A stretch of DNA of 64,000 nt from Mobula hypostoma (taxonomy: Eukaryota): the NCBI RefSeq assembly GCF_963921235.1, contig NC_086098.1, positions 4,650,001 through 4,714,000 of the forward strand, given 5' to 3'. Under the pieces are notes generated by a model. The model ran no database searches. It saw only the letters and a program-made list of their open reading frames with translations, and was not told where the DNA came from. Made by a program: the position numbers and the translations under genes. Shown here in pieces: positions 25,495 through 39,149 of the stretch. Every line of letters starts with the position of its first letter. Position 1 is the stretch's first letter.

Positions 25495-26150
25495 ACACAG
25501 GAGATTTACAAGGATGTTGCCTGGACTGGGGAGCATGCCTTATGAAAACAGGTTGAATGAACTTGGCCTTCTCTTCTTGGAACGACAGAGGATGAGAGGT
25601 GACCTGATAGAGCTGTATAAGATGATGAGAGCCATTGATCGTGTGGATAGTTGGAGGCTTTTCCCCAGGGGTGAAATGGCTTGCACGAGAGGGCACAGTT
25701 TTAAGGTGCTTGGAAGTAGGTACAGAGGAGATATCAGGGGTAAGTTTTTTTACGCAGAAAGTGGTGAGTGCGTGGAATGGGCTGCCGGCAGCGGTGGTGG
25801 AAGCGGATACAAATGGGTCTTTTGAGAGACTCCTGGATAGGTACATGGAGCTCAGAAAAATAGAGGGCTATCAGTAACGCAAACACAAGGAAATCTGCAG
25901 ATGTACAGTCGAGACCCCCTCCCACTTCCAAATCTCTTACTACCTCTTCTTTCAGTTAGTCCTGATGAAGGGTCTTAGCCCAAATTGTCGACTGTACCAC
26001 TTCCTATAGATGCTGCCTGGCCTGCTACGTTCACCAGCATTTCTGTGTGGGGCTATGGGTAACCCTAGTTAATTTCTAAAGTAAGTACATGTTCAGCACA
26101 GCTTTGTGGGCTGAGGGGTCTGTATTGTGCTGTAGGTTTTCTATGTTTCT
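25495..26150 (+). mobile_element. CR1 3' fragment with a Penelope/hammerhead-derived insert (about 25872-26050)
   Basis: RRFTRMLPGL..RMRGDLIELYK; insert flanked by gggctat repeats, with ctgatga but a mutated GAAA. Confidence 0.75.
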
Positions 26151-26399
26151 ATATGTCGTGAAATTTATTAACTTTATAGCAGCAGTACAATTAAATACAT
26201 GATAAATAAATATGGAGGAAAAAAAAGAAGCTACATTAAGTATTTATATAAGCAACACACATCAAAGTTGTTTTTGAACGCAGCAGGCCAGGCAGCATCT
26301 CTAGGAAGAGGTACAGTCGACGTTTCAGGCCAAGTCCCTTCGTCAGTATTTACTTCGTTAAGTATTTATATAATGTCTATTAAATAGTTAAATTAAAAT

Positions 26400-28260
26400 A
26401 AGTGGTGGAAAATAACAGAAATAAAAAAGTAGTGAGGTCATGTTCATGGGTTCAATGCCCATTTAGGAATCGGATGGCAGAGGGGCAGACCGCTGTTCCT
26501 GAATCACTGAGTGTGTGCCTTCAGGCTTCTGTACCTCCTACCTGATGGCAAGTCCTGGGTGGTGGGGATCCTTAACGCTGGACGTCGCCTTTCTAAGACA
26601 CCACTCCTTGAAGATGTCTTGGAGAGAGACTTTTCGTCCCTCTTCCCTCCGGGAGAAAGTTCAGGAGCTTGAAGACTCGTACGACCAGATTTGAGAACAG
26701 TTTCTTTCCAACATGATAAGACTGCTGAACGGATCCTGACCCAGATCTGGGCCGTACCCTCCAAATATCCGGACCTGCCTCTCGGTTTTTTTGCACTACC
26801 TTACTTCCCATTTTTCTATTTTCTATTTACGATTTGTAATTTAAAATTTTAATATTGACTAATTTTAACTATTTTAATGTCTAATATTTAATATGTGTAA
26901 TCCAGGAATTGTGAAGCGCAGAATCAAATATCGCTGTGATGATTATACGTTCTAGTACCAATTGTTTGGCGACAATAAGGTATAAAGTATACCACGGAGG
27001 CTGGTACCCATGATAGAGCTGACAAATTTTACAAGTTTACACAACTTATTTTGACTTTGTGCAGCAGTTCCCTGTACCAGACGGTGAAACTTTACAGTGT
27101 TTCCGAATTCCTAGTTCAAGGTTCAAAATAAATTTACTGTCGAAGTACCTATATGTCACCATATACAACCCTGAGGTTCATTTTCTTTGGGCATCCTACA
27201 ATCAATGAAAGACAAACAACCAATGTGCAAAAGACAATAAACTGTTGAAATAAAAATGAGAAAAAGAAACAGTAACTATGGAGAATGAGAGCTGAAGAGT
27301 CCTTAAAGGTCAGTCCAGAGGCTGTGGGAACAGTTCAGTGATGGGGAGCATGAAGCTGAGGGAAGTTATCCCCTCTGGTTCAACAGCCGGATGGTTGAGG
27401 GGTAATAACAGTTCCTGAACCTGGTGGTGAGAGTCCTGAGGGTCTTGTACCTTCTTCCTGATAGCAGCTGCAGGAAGAGAGCATAGCTTGGGTGGTGGGG
27501 ATCCTGATGATGGATGCTGCTTTCCTGTGATAGCATTGCATGTAGATGTACTCGGGAGGGGGTGGGGGGGCTTTATCTGTATGGACTGGGCCATATTCAC
27601 TGCTTTGTGTAGGCTTTTCCATTCAAGGACATTAAGTGTTTCCATACCAGGTGGTTGTACCTATTCGCCTGCACACATCTATAGAAGTTGGTTTAAGGTT
27701 TAGATATACTGCTGAATCTTTGCAAATTTCTAAAGAAGTAAATGCACTGCCATGCTTTCATTGTAATATCAAGGAATAATAACACCAGGAAGTTTAAAGT
27801 TGCTGACCCTCTCCACCTCTGATCTTCTGATGAGGTCTGGCTCGTGGTCCTCCAGTTTCCTCCTCCTGAAGTCAACAATCAGCTCCTGGGCTTTGCTGAC
27901 ATTGAGGGAGAGGTTGTTATTGTGGCCCCACTCAGCCAGATTTTTACTCTCCTTTCTATATCCTGATATGTCACCGCCTTTTGTTCAGCCAATGACAGTG
28001 GCGTCATCAGCAAACTTAAATATGGCATTGGAGCTGTGCTTAGCCTCACAGTTTTGAGTGTAATGTGAGTAGAGCGAGGGCTAAGCACACAGCCTTGCAG
28101 TGCAGCTGTGCTGATGGAGGTTGTGGAGGAGATGTTGGAGCTGATACAAGCTGACTGGGGTCTGCAAGCGAGGAGATTGAGGATCCTATTACACAAGGAG
28201 GTATTGAGGCCAAGCTGTTAAAGCTTATTGATCAGACTGGAGGGGAAGATGGTATTGACT
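26400..28260 (-). mobile_element. Rex1/Babar LINE fragments (RT and 3' region), mixed orientation
   Basis: [44 protein letters not shown] on plus near 26690. Confidence 0.75.
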
Positions 28261-28514
28261 GGTTCAACAAGAAAAAGAAAATAATGCAGAATATAATGTT
28301 TGAGAGAAAGTGCAGTGCAGAATGGCAGAGGGCAAGGGCCACGACAAGATAGATTGAGAGATCAAGTGATCATCTTCATGGCTTCATAAAGCAGTGGCAA
28401 GGCCTCCCGGAGTATTGTGAGCAGTTGTGAGCCCCTTATCCAAGGATGTGCTGACACTGGAGGGGGTTCAAGGGAGATTCACAAAAATGATCTGGGATTG
28501 GAAGGCTTGAACAT

Positions 28515-29345
28515 CAAACATAGTACAGCACAGACAGGAACAAGCCCTTTTGCCCACAATGCTGTGCTGAGCCAATGAAAAAGTAAATCAAAAATTTCCA
28601 AAAACGAACCCCTCCTACCTACACATATTCCTTCATCTTCTTCACACCCACGTGTCTATCTAAACATCTCCAAAAAGCCTCTAATGTATTTCCCTCTACC
28701 ACCAGACCAGGCAGTGCATTCCAGGCATCGACCTCTCTCTGAGTAAAAACTTTACCCCAAACATCCCTTTTGAACATACCCCCTCTCATCTTCAATGCAT
28801 GCACTCTGGTATTAGACATTTCAACCCTGGGAAACAGATACTCTCTGTCCACTCTCTCTAGGCCTCTCATAGTCTTGTAAACCTCTATCAGATCTCCACT
28901 CAGCCTCTGTCCCTCCAAAGAAAACAACCCAGGTTTGTCGACCCTCCCATGGTGGCACTTGCCCTCTAAACCAGACAGCATCCTGGTAAATCTCCTCTGC
29001 ACCTGCTCCAAAGCTTCCACACCCTTCTTATAGTGGGGTGACCAGAACTATATGCAATACTCCAGATGTGGCTAAACCAGAGTTTTATAAAGTTGCAACA
29101 CAACCTCCCGACTTTTGAACTCAAGGCCTTGACAAATAAAAGCAAGCATTCCATAAGCCTTCTTAACCACCTTATTGACCTGTGTAGCCACTGTCAAGGA
29201 GATGTGAATTTGGGTCTCAAGATCTCTCTGCTCAGCAGCACAGTTAAGGACTTGCTCTTAACAGTGAACTGTCTCCTTGCATTTTCCCAACCAAGGTGCA
29301 ACACCTCACATTTATCTGGGTTAAACTCCATCTGCCATTTCTCAG
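28515..29345 (-). mobile_element. CR1 3' fragment
   Basis: ALEQVQRRFTRML..GDLIEVYK..FTQREVDAWNALP. Confidence 0.85.
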
Positions 29346-29356
29346 CAAATTATCTA

Positions 29357-31425
29357 CATTGCCTATAAAAAGTATTCACCCTGCCTTGGAAGTTTTCATG
29401 TTTTATTGTTTTACAACATTGAATCACAGTGGATTCAATCTGGCTTTTTTTTGACATTGATCAACAGTAAGAGACTCTTTCGTGTCAAGTGAAAACAGAT
29501 CTTTACAAAGTGATCTGAATTAATTACAAATACAAAACACAAAATAATTGATTGCATAAGTATTCGCCCCTTTAATATGACACATCGAATCATCACTTCT
29601 TCTTCTTCTTCTATTTCCGGCTGTTTAGACACATCTAGGCGTATTACAACCTTCTGCAGGATGTATAATTAATTATAGAACTTCAAGGAACTCAAGTTCT
29701 CGAATACAACCTAGTCTCACGTATAAACTGAATAATAGACGCTTCAATCAGATGTTGATTCTCTTGATGGCCAAACAAAGATTGAATGGAAAACCAAAAT
29801 AAATTTAAGCCAGATAGCCTCTTGAACAACATGCTTCTTTCAATTTTGTATCGATTACAGCTCAGCAAAACATGCTGGACTGTCTCTGGACTACCACAGT
29901 CACATAATCCAGTAGGATGTTTTCCTATTATCTTTAAATAATAGTTTAGCCCACAATGCCCCAACCTAAGTCTTGTAAATTTCACCATATCTCTACGACT
30001 TAAAAGGTAACAGTCTGAGACCTTTTTAACTAGTGGGTGACTAGAAAAACAATGCCTGCCCCTTAATTCATTTTTCCAATCCTCCTGCCACTTCTTCTCT
30101 ATACCTTTCTTAATCCTACTTCTCAATTCTGCTCTGCCGAGGGGAACCCTACTTTCTACTTGCCTGGAAGACTTTGCAATGCTGTCCACAATTTCATTTC
30201 CCTCCACCCCAGCATGCCCAGGTATCCATGAAAATCTAACTGAACAACCCATCTTCCCTACTCTAAACACTAAGAGAATCTCAATAACTATGTCAGGACG
30301 AGCTTTTGATTTACAAATCATCACTGGTGCAGTCAATTGGTTTTAGAAGTTACATAATTAATCAAATGGAGATCACCTGTGTGCATTCAAGGTGTTTCAA
30401 TCGATTGTAGCAAAAATACACCTGTATAGGGAAGGTTATTGAAAAGCACAAGTCAGAAGATTGATACAAGAAAATTTCCAAGTCACTGAATACGCCTTGG
30501 AGTACAGTTAAGTCAATCATCAAGAAATGGAAAGGATATGGCACAGCAGGGCCATCCTCAAAAACAGAGTGACCATGCAGGAGGGGGACTAGTGACAGAG
30601 GCCACCAAGAGATCTCTGACAACTCTGAGAGAGTTACAAGCTTCAGTGGCTGAGATGGGAGAGACTGCGCAGACAACCATTGTTTCCCAGGTGCTTCAGC
30701 AGTCACAGCTTTACGCAAAGTAGCAAAGAGAAAGTCACTGGTGAAAAAACACCTACGTGAAATCTAGGCTAAAGTTTGCCAGAAGGCATGTGGGAGACTC
30801 TGAAGTCAGCTGGAAAAGGTTTGTATGGCCTGATGAACCAAAAATTGAACTTTTTGGTCATCAGACTAAACGTTATATTTGGCGTAAGCCAAACACCACA
30901 CATGCTTCATGGCGGTGGCTGCATCATGCTGTGGGGATGCTTCACTGCAACAGGCCCTGGCAGGCTTGTGAAGGTAGAGGGTAAAATGAATGCTGCAAAA
31001 TACAGGGAAATCCTGGAGGAAAACCTGATGCAGTCTGCAAGAGAACTGCGACTTGGGAGAAGATTTGTTTTCCAGCAAGACAATGACTCCAAGCATAAAG
31101 CCAAAGCTACACAGGAATGGCTCAAAAACAACAAAGTTAATATCCTGGAGTGGCCAGACCTCAATCCAATTGAGAATTTGTGGCTGTATTTGAAAAGGGC
31201 TGTTCACTCATGAACCCCATGCAATCTGACAGACCTTGAGCAGTTTTGCATTGAAGAATGGGGAAAAATTGCAGTGAACAGATGTGCAAAGCTGATAGAG
31301 ACTTATCCACACAGACTCACCGCTGTAATTATGGCTAAAGGTGCATCTACTAAACACTGATTTTAAAAGAGTGAATACTTACGCAATCAATTATTTTGTT
31401 TTAATAATTGTAATAAATTTAGACC
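29357..31425 (+). mobile_element. Tc1-like DNA transposon, decayed; right TIR truncated
   Basis: TA-CATTGCCTATAAAAAGTATTCACCC left end; transposase motifs [43 protein letters not shown] (30430-31360). Confidence 0.9.
29598..30315 (-). mobile_element. Nimb/I-group LINE 3' fragment (RNase H + Zn knuckle) with 10-bp TSD
   Basis: WIPGHAGVEGNE..D; RLRLGH..CDCG..ETVQHVLLSC; (GAA)n tail; TSD AATCATCACT at 29588-29597 and 30316-30325. Confidence 0.88.
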
Positions 31426-32563
31426 AATGTATTTTCTCTTTGACAGGCTGCCCTCAGCATATCCATGGGTTGTGTTGGTTGTTACTGCAAACAACTCACT
31501 TCACTGTATGTTTCAATTTACGCGGGAAAAATAAACTTCCCACCAGTGGATTGATTACCATGTGAAAGCAACTTCTATCTGGAAATGAAACAGTTCCATT
31601 TGGATCGAGTAACACATCATTAAAGGTTTTGATGTGTTCATCAATCAGAGCCTGGTCAAACAGAAATTCTTCGAATTTTTGATGCAACAATCCGTCAGAT
31701 TAATACCTTGATGACGGGAATTATTTTGTAGTGAGCCGGGCTTCCAGCAGCAGGAATAACAGCTCATGTTGATTGTTGGTCATTTATCCCCAATGCTGAA
31801 GAATGCCAATTATTTTTATTGATATTTACAGTGTGGAACAGTCCATCTGGCACAACGAGCCTCACTGCTCAGCAAACCACCTATTTAACCCCTAGCCTAA
31901 TCACAGGACAATTTTCAATGACCTATTACCCTACTGACTTTGGAGGCCGGGAGGGGGAGAGTTGGGGATATAATCATAGAAAGATCATTGGGTGTTCCAA
32001 TAGTATCATGAATCTAGAATGCTGTATTCTTTAATAAAGTGGTAACCCTTTGGACAAAGCAATTTATTTTTTATTTTCTGCACTGATAGACAGGAATTTG
32101 GAATTGAGAGAATTGTAAAGATAAGATTAGTTTTATTTGTCATATGTGCACGGAAGCATACAGTGAAATGCATTGTTTGTGTCAATAACCAGCACAGACC
32201 GAGGATGATGCTGTCGTCATGCTTCCAGGGCCAAAATACGAACCCGAACCTGCAGGTCTTTGGGATGTGTGAGGCACCAGAAAACCCAGAGGAAACGTAC
32301 ATAACTGTGGGGGAAATTGTACAAACTCGTTACAGAGAGTGACAGGAATTGAACCCTGGCACCAAGAGCATTACACTAGCCATGCACTACAGTGCTACTC
32401 TGCTCCACTGAAACTTGTAACAGGCCGGTATCATGTCTTGATAATTTGAAGACATGAATTATCAAGGAAATGCAACCAAAATTCAAAGGGAACGTAGTAG
32501 ATGGAGCAACGAACTACTGATTAAAATGTCAAGTGCTGGAAAATAGGATCAGTATCTATGGCT

Positions 32564-32754
32564 GTCACCGACGGGGTTGAAGAGTGTTTGGTGACTCTCA
32601 CTGTCAGGGATGAGGAGTGTTTGGTGACTGTCACCAACGGGGATGAGGAGTGTTTGGTGACTGTCACCGATGGGGTTGAAGAGTGTTTGATGACTGTCAG
32701 CAACGGGGATGAGGAGTGTTTGGTGACTGTCACTGATGGGGATGAAGAGAGTTT
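32564..32754. repeat. 33-bp minisatellite, about 5.8 copies
   Basis: Unit approx gtcaccgayggggatgaggagtgtttggtgact starting at 32564, 32597, 32630, 32663, 32696, 32729. Confidence 0.92.
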
Positions 32755-33099
32755 CAATGCTGCATAACTGTATAACTTGATGACTGAGTGTCCATACCTT
32801 GCTCTCTGCAATGAAACTCTTCATTGCTCTGAATTCAATGATTTTCAATAAAGCAGCAGATGCCTTTCCCATCAGTGATCCATTTTGCACCAGATTTGTT
32901 TGAACTCAAGTGTCAGCACTCTTGGCACTGCTCCGAGTCTCTGTCTGCAATGCTCCCTTTAATTATTTTTACAGCTGCAACAACCAGCCATTGCTCTGAA
33001 CACAAAACTGTTACATTGCCTGACAAATGCAGCATTTTAAATGTGTTTTTTTTTTGTAATATGCATATTGTGAGTATTTAGAATGAAATTGAAAAATCA

Positions 33100-33189
33100 C
33101 TGTCCAGCTGCATGGCAACAAAGGCTATGTGCCCGGGGGCATTGCAGTTACTGTGCGGCCACGCACACACGGAGCTTAGAGGGAACATT
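33100..33189. mobile_element. Possible hAT (Tip100-like) terminus
   Basis: Ends gcttagagggaacatt, resembling the reverse complement of CAGTGTTCCCTCTAAG termini. Confidence 0.4.
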
Positions 33190-33789
33190 TTCTGTGTGTA
33201 TACCACATAAAGTGTAAATTTATTATGGACGTACATTTATGTCACCATATGCAATCCTGAGATTTATTTTCTCGCATAAATACATTTCTGTACTTGCTGA
33301 AATACTTCAGTATTTCTCAAAACCTTTTTGAATAACAATTTCTAACTTGTGTGCCTGTGCCTCTGCAAGTATTCTTGGGCACCGAATGGTTTAGACTGGA
33401 TAGTCCACAGACGTGCCTAGTGGTTCACGACCACACTCAAATCATGTTAACAAACAGAGGTGCTTGTTATCATGAACACAAGGTTTCTGATATTTCATCT
33501 CTATGGTACATAATAATAGTAGACATCCGTTAGTCTCATGAGACCATGGATTTGTGCCCTGGAAGGTTTCCAGGGTGCAGGCCTGGGCAAGGTTGTACGG
33601 AAGACCGGCAGTTGCCCATGCTGCAAGTCTCCCCTCCCCACGCCACCAATGTTGTCCAAGGGAAGGGCATTAGGACTCATACAGCTTAGAAAAATAGAGG
33701 GCTATGGGTAACCCTGGGTAATTTCTGAAGTAAGTACATATTTGGCACAGCATTGTGGGCTGAAGGGCCTGTATTGTGCTGTAGGTTTT

Positions 33790-34040
33790 CTTTGTTTCTA
33801 TTTATTTTTATTCTTACAGTGTGGAACAGGCTCTTCTGGCCCAATGATTTGAACCACCAGCAACACTCCTATTTAACACCAGCCAGACCACAAGACAATT
33901 TACAATGACCAATTAACCTACTAACTGGTATGTCTTTGTACTGTGGGAGGAAACAGGAGCACCCGGAGGAAATCCAAACAGTTCACGGGGAGAATGTACA
34001 AACTGCTTACAGACAGCGTCAGAATTCAACTCCGAGCTCT
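33790..34040 (-). mobile_element. HE1-like V-SINE
   Basis: ctgtgggaggaaacaggagcacccggaggaa core. Other copies: about 32215-32400(-), 36290-36535(-), 44960-45220(-), 47445-47725(+), 61855-62120(-). Confidence 0.75.
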
Positions 34041-34189
34041 GGAACATCCCAAGCTGTAAGTTTCTAAGAGACACAATGAGAAACCTTTTTTGTGTTGCTT
34101 AGGGAAGTTCTCTCGGTCTCCTGCTCATTAAAGAGCATAAACTTCCTTTCCACTTTTGTACAAATGTGGACACACAATTCTATGAAGCA

Positions 34190-35025
34190 GACAGGTTAGA
34201 CAGATTCAGAGAATGGACAAAGAAATGGAAGCTGGAATACAGCATCAGGAAGTGTAAGATCATGTACTTTGGTAGAAGAAATCAGTATACTGTTTTCTAA
34301 ATGGAGAAAAAGTTAAAAAATGTGAGGTGCAAAGGGACTTGAGAGTCCTTGTGCAGGATTCCCTAAAGGTTAGTTTGCAGGTTGAGTCAGTGGTAAGGAA
34401 GGCAAATGTGATGTTAGCATTCATTTCGAGAGGACTGGAATATAAGGGCAAGGATGTAATGTTGAGCCTTTATAACGTACTGATGAGTGGATTACTGTGA
34501 GTAGTTCTGGGCCCCTTATCAAAGAAAGAACGTGCTGAAACTGAAGAGGTTCAAAGGAGGTTCACGAAAAAGATTCCAGGATTGAAAGGCTTGGCATATG
34601 TGGAGCGTTTGATGATCCTGGGCCTGTATTTACTGGAATTCAGAAGAATGAGGGGTGATGTCATTGAAAACTATCGAATGTTGAAAGGCCTTGATAGAGA
34701 GGATGTTTCTTATTGTGAGATTGTTTAAGACCAGAGGACACGGCCTCAGAATAGAGGGACATGCTTTTAGAAGAGAGATGAGGAAGAATTTCTTTAGCCG
34801 GAGAGTAGTGAATTTTCAGAATTCTTTGCCACAGACGGCTGTGGAGGCCAAGTCTTTATGTAACATTTAAGACAGAGGTTGATAGGTTCTTGATTATTCA
34901 GGGCATGAAGGGATACAGTCAGATGGCAGGAGATTGGGGCTGAGAAGGAAAATGGATCAGCCATGATTTAATGGCAGAGCAGACTTGATGGCCGCTTCTG
35001 TTCCTGTATCTTATGGTCTTATGGT
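34190..35025 (+). mobile_element. CR1 3' fragment
   Basis: Homologous to 9490-10178 plus 16047-16215. Confidence 0.85.
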
Positions 35026-35029
35026 ACGT

Positions 35030-35420
35030 CTCTGTTGAGCCCAATGATGATAACATCCTGTCTGCTATAGCAGCAATAAATAAATGGATGAGCAATAATT
35101 TCCTAAAACTAATTGAAGATAAAATTGAAATACGTTTGGTTGGTCCCAAAGAGGAAATTGATAAACCTCTTGACTAATTTGAGAGCTTGGCTCCTCTTAT
35201 AAAATCCAAAGTGACAATTCTGGGTGGTATCGCACATAAAGACTGTGACAAGTGCAGCATTTCTCCACTGAAGAAATATTGCAAAGGTAACATTGATTTC
35301 TGTCACAACTTTATACTGAATAGGCTAGATGACTGCAATGACTTTTGCTGGCCTTCCAAAGCAATCTATTGACAAGCTTCGACTCACTGGGAACACCGCA
35401 GTGAGGCTTACAACCACCAG
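35030..35420 (+). mobile_element. L2-like LINE RT remnant
   Basis: Reads INKWMSNNFLKL..KIEI.LVGPK, then RLDDCN-like L2 motifs. Confidence 0.65.
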
Positions 35421-38112
35421 CACACACACGTAGTCTACGGAGTCATACAACATAGAACATTACAGCACACAAGAGGCTCTTCAGCCCACGGTGTTATATG
35501 AATCTTTTAACCTACTCTAAGATCAATCTGACCCATCCTTCCCACCTAGTCCTCCATTTTTCTGTCTTCCATGTGACTCTCTAAGAGTTTCTTAAATGCC
35601 ACTCGTGTTTCTGTCTCTACCACACACCCTGGCAGGGTGTTCCATGCACGCTCCACTCTCTCAGTAAAAAAACAAAGCCTACCTCTGACATTTCCCCTAC
35701 AATTTCCTCCAAGTCACTGTAAAATTGTGCCCGCTCACATCTGCTCTGGGGAAAAGTCTCTGGCTGTGCCCCACCACCCTTTTCTCATTGTTACCATCAA
35801 GGAGGAGGTACAGAAGCCTGAAAACACACTCTCAACATTTCAGGAAGAGCTTCTTCCCCTCCACCATTGGATTTCTGAATGGACATTGAACCCATGAACT
35901 TAAACCACTCTCTGGATTTGTGCGGACAGTTATTCGATAAGTAACACCAACAAGGCAAGTTGGCGGTAACCTGATGACAAAACATTTGCGTTCCTGCTGT
36001 CTATTGTTTTTCGTTATTTTGTTCTCTTTTTGATCTAATTTAAATATATACATCTTATAATTTGTAGATTTTTACTATTATTATGAAATATTAGGCAAAT
36101 AAGGAGGCTCTTGGGAGGGACAATGGCGCCTAACAGTGACTCCTTTGCTTGGGTCTTCGGAAACAGCTCTATTTCTATCTTTAATATCTCTAGTTTTCCC
36201 TTTCTGCAGTCACACGCTGACTTTGGTTCTTTGGATGCCAAGGATGCAGCCGAAGAGATTAGCTCGCCTTTGGAGTTCCGGGATTTTGTGGCACCACCCA
36301 GCAACCCACCTACTTAACCATGGCCGAGTCATGGGACAGTTTACAATGACCAATTTACCTATTAACCAGTACGTCTTTGGAATGTGGGAGGAAACCGGAG
36401 CATCCGGAGGAAACCCATAAGGTCACAGGGAGGACGAACCAACTCCCTCCTGACTGATGGTGTTGGAATTGAACTCCAAACTCCGATACCATGAGTTGTA
36501 ATAGTCTCACACGAACTGCTAGGCTACTGTGGTGACTAAGCTGGAGATAGTAAATAATCCTTCCATCCCACATTGTTTCAGAATGCTCATGACCATGTTC
36601 TGGATTTGTATGGACAGGTATTTGATAAGTGACCCTGATAGGGCAGGGCTGGACCATCTGTTACGGTGCTGGATGACTGCGTGACTCATTAACGAAAGGT
36701 TTGTGCTTCAGCTGGAATTTCCTTATTTCTTCAACTATTTCAATGCCAAAGGAAATAATTATATACAAGGTAAGGTATTAGGGTTGGGGTCATCTCACTT
36801 AAATCTGCGTGCCCCACTCCCAGAAGGGAGGGGAGGCTACATGGCATTCGCACCAGGACCTCCAGGCTCAAAAACTTTCCCCAAGCAGTAAGACTTATCA
36901 ATACCTCCAGCCACTAACGCAGCCCACCACACCCCCAACCTCCACTGCATTATCATTTCCTGTCAGAGTCACCTTATGTACAGACACTCTTGTGCCTAGC
37001 ATCACTTTATTGACATGCAATCAATCTATGTATAGAAACTATTCTGTGTATTAATTTTATGGCATTTTTTATTACTGTATTCTTTATCTTATTGTGTTTT
37101 TGTGCTGTATTGGATCCAACAATTATTTTGACATGAAATAATCTTGAATCTTGAAATAACAAAACTGCACCAATGTGGCTTGTTACCTGTGTTGACCAAT
37201 TCACTATTCTGACTCAGGCCTGAAATTCATTAATGTCCTGTTTTCTTGGGGATTTTTGAGTTGTCCAATTGGTTGAAGGAATTTAAGAACGTTGACCTTT
37301 AATTTTGAACAAAGAAGATATCATATATGTTGATGATGGTGGAAATATGAAAAAGCAAGGTTGGTGATTTATGTTCTGGATTTTTCTCAGAAATTGAGTC
37401 ATTGGCTCAGCCTGGAAGGTGGCTATGGCAACATGCATATATAATTGTTTGTACCTACTGTGCTGCTGTGGCAAAAGCTTTTGTATCACAGAATTAAGTA
37501 GGCAATGGGGGTGAGTGAGCCAATACCTCAATAATAAGGGTTGCGACTGAACGTGACAGAGCAGAACAGGCTCTGGCCTGCCCAGCATCCAGGACACCAT
37601 CAAAGGCACTGTCTCAAAATGGCTGCTTTCATCACTAAGGACCCCCATCACCCAGGATATGCCCTCTTCTCATTGCTACCATCAGGGAGGAGAACCGGAA
37701 GATGCACATTCAACACTTTAGGAATAGCTTCTTCCCCTTCGCTATCAGAATTCTTTTTCTTTTTATCTTGCTTACTTTTTGCACTACTTAATTAATTAAT
37801 TTTTAATAAACGTTTCTTATTGAACTTTATAGTTTTTTCTTTTGTTATTATGTATTGCAATGTTCTGCTGCCACAGAAAAACAAATCTCATGACATGTGA
37901 AAGTGATTTTAAACCTGATTCTGATTCTGATCCGCAGTCCAGGTCGAAGGCCAGTGGCATGAATGTGTGACGAGGGACATCTGTGGATGTTGGGCTGCCC
38001 CAGGATTGGATACCCACGTGAACAGGACTAATGAGGAGGCAAGAGGGCCGATCAGTCGAATGAACCAGGATTGATTAGAGAGCTTAAGGTAACTTAAGGG
38101 AAAGTGATCATA

Positions 38113-39103
38113 GTATAGAACATAGAACATAGAATAGTACAGCACAGTACAGGCCCTTCGGCCCACAATGTTGTGCCGACCCTCAAACCCTGCCTCCCAT
38201 ATAAGCCCCCACCTTAGATTCCTCCATATACCTGTCTAGTAGTCTCTTAAACTTCACTAGTGTATCTGCCTCCACCACTGACTCAGGCAGTGCATTCCAC
38301 GCACCAACCACTCTCTGAGTGAAAAACCTTCCTCTAATATCCTCCTTCAACTTCCCACCCCTTACCTTAAAGCCATGTCCTCTTGTATTGAGCAGTGGTG
38401 CCCTGGGGAAGAGGCGCTGGCTATCCACTCTATCTATTCCTCTTATTATCTTGTACACCTCTATCATGTCTCCTCTCATCCTCCTTCTCTCCAAAGAGTA
38501 AAGCCATAGCTCCCTTAATCTCTGATCATAATGCATACTTTCTAAACCAGGCAGCATCCTGGTAAATTTCCTCTGTACCCTTTCCAATGCTTCCACATCC
38601 TTCCTATAGTGAGGTGACCAGAACTGGATACAGTACTCCAAGTGTGGCCTAACCAGAGTTTTATAGAGCTGCATCATTACATTGCGACTCTTAAACTCTA
38701 TCCCTCGACTTATGAAAGCTAACACCCCATAAGCTTTCTTAACTACCCTATCCACCTGTGAGGCAACTTTCAGGGATCTGTGGACATGTACCCCGAAATC
38801 CCTCTGCTCCTCCACACTACCAAGTATCCTGCCATTTACTTTGTACTCTGCCTTGGAGTTTGTCCTTCCAAAGTGTACCACCTCACACTTTTCTGGGTTG
38901 AACTCCATCTGCCACTTCTCAGCCCACTTCTGCATCCTATCAATGTCTCTCTACAATCTTTGACAATCCTCTACACTATCTACAACACCACCAACCTTTG
39001 TGTCGTCTGCAAACTTGCCAGTCCACCCTTCTACCCCCACATCCAGGTCGTTAATAGAAATCACGAAAAGTAGAGGTCCCAGAACAGATCCTTGTGGGAC
39101 ACC
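38113..39103 (-). mobile_element. CR1 3' part (same subfamily as 16557-23220)
   Basis: 250-aa ORF MQKWAEKWQMEFNPEKC... near-identical to 20594-20815 plus 22626-23156. Confidence 0.93.
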
Positions 39104-39149
39104 ATATGATTGCATTTACCCTGAAATCTGAGAAGGAACTGAAGTCAGA

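Noticed and set aside
31496..31690. Protein-like minus ORF LHQKFEEFLFDQALIDEHIK as an exon
   Set aside because: In-frame stop just upstream with no AG acceptor between; no recognisable homology
32564..32754. CRISPR-like array (33-bp partly palindromic repeats)
   Set aside because: No unique spacers, no cas genes, eukaryotic context
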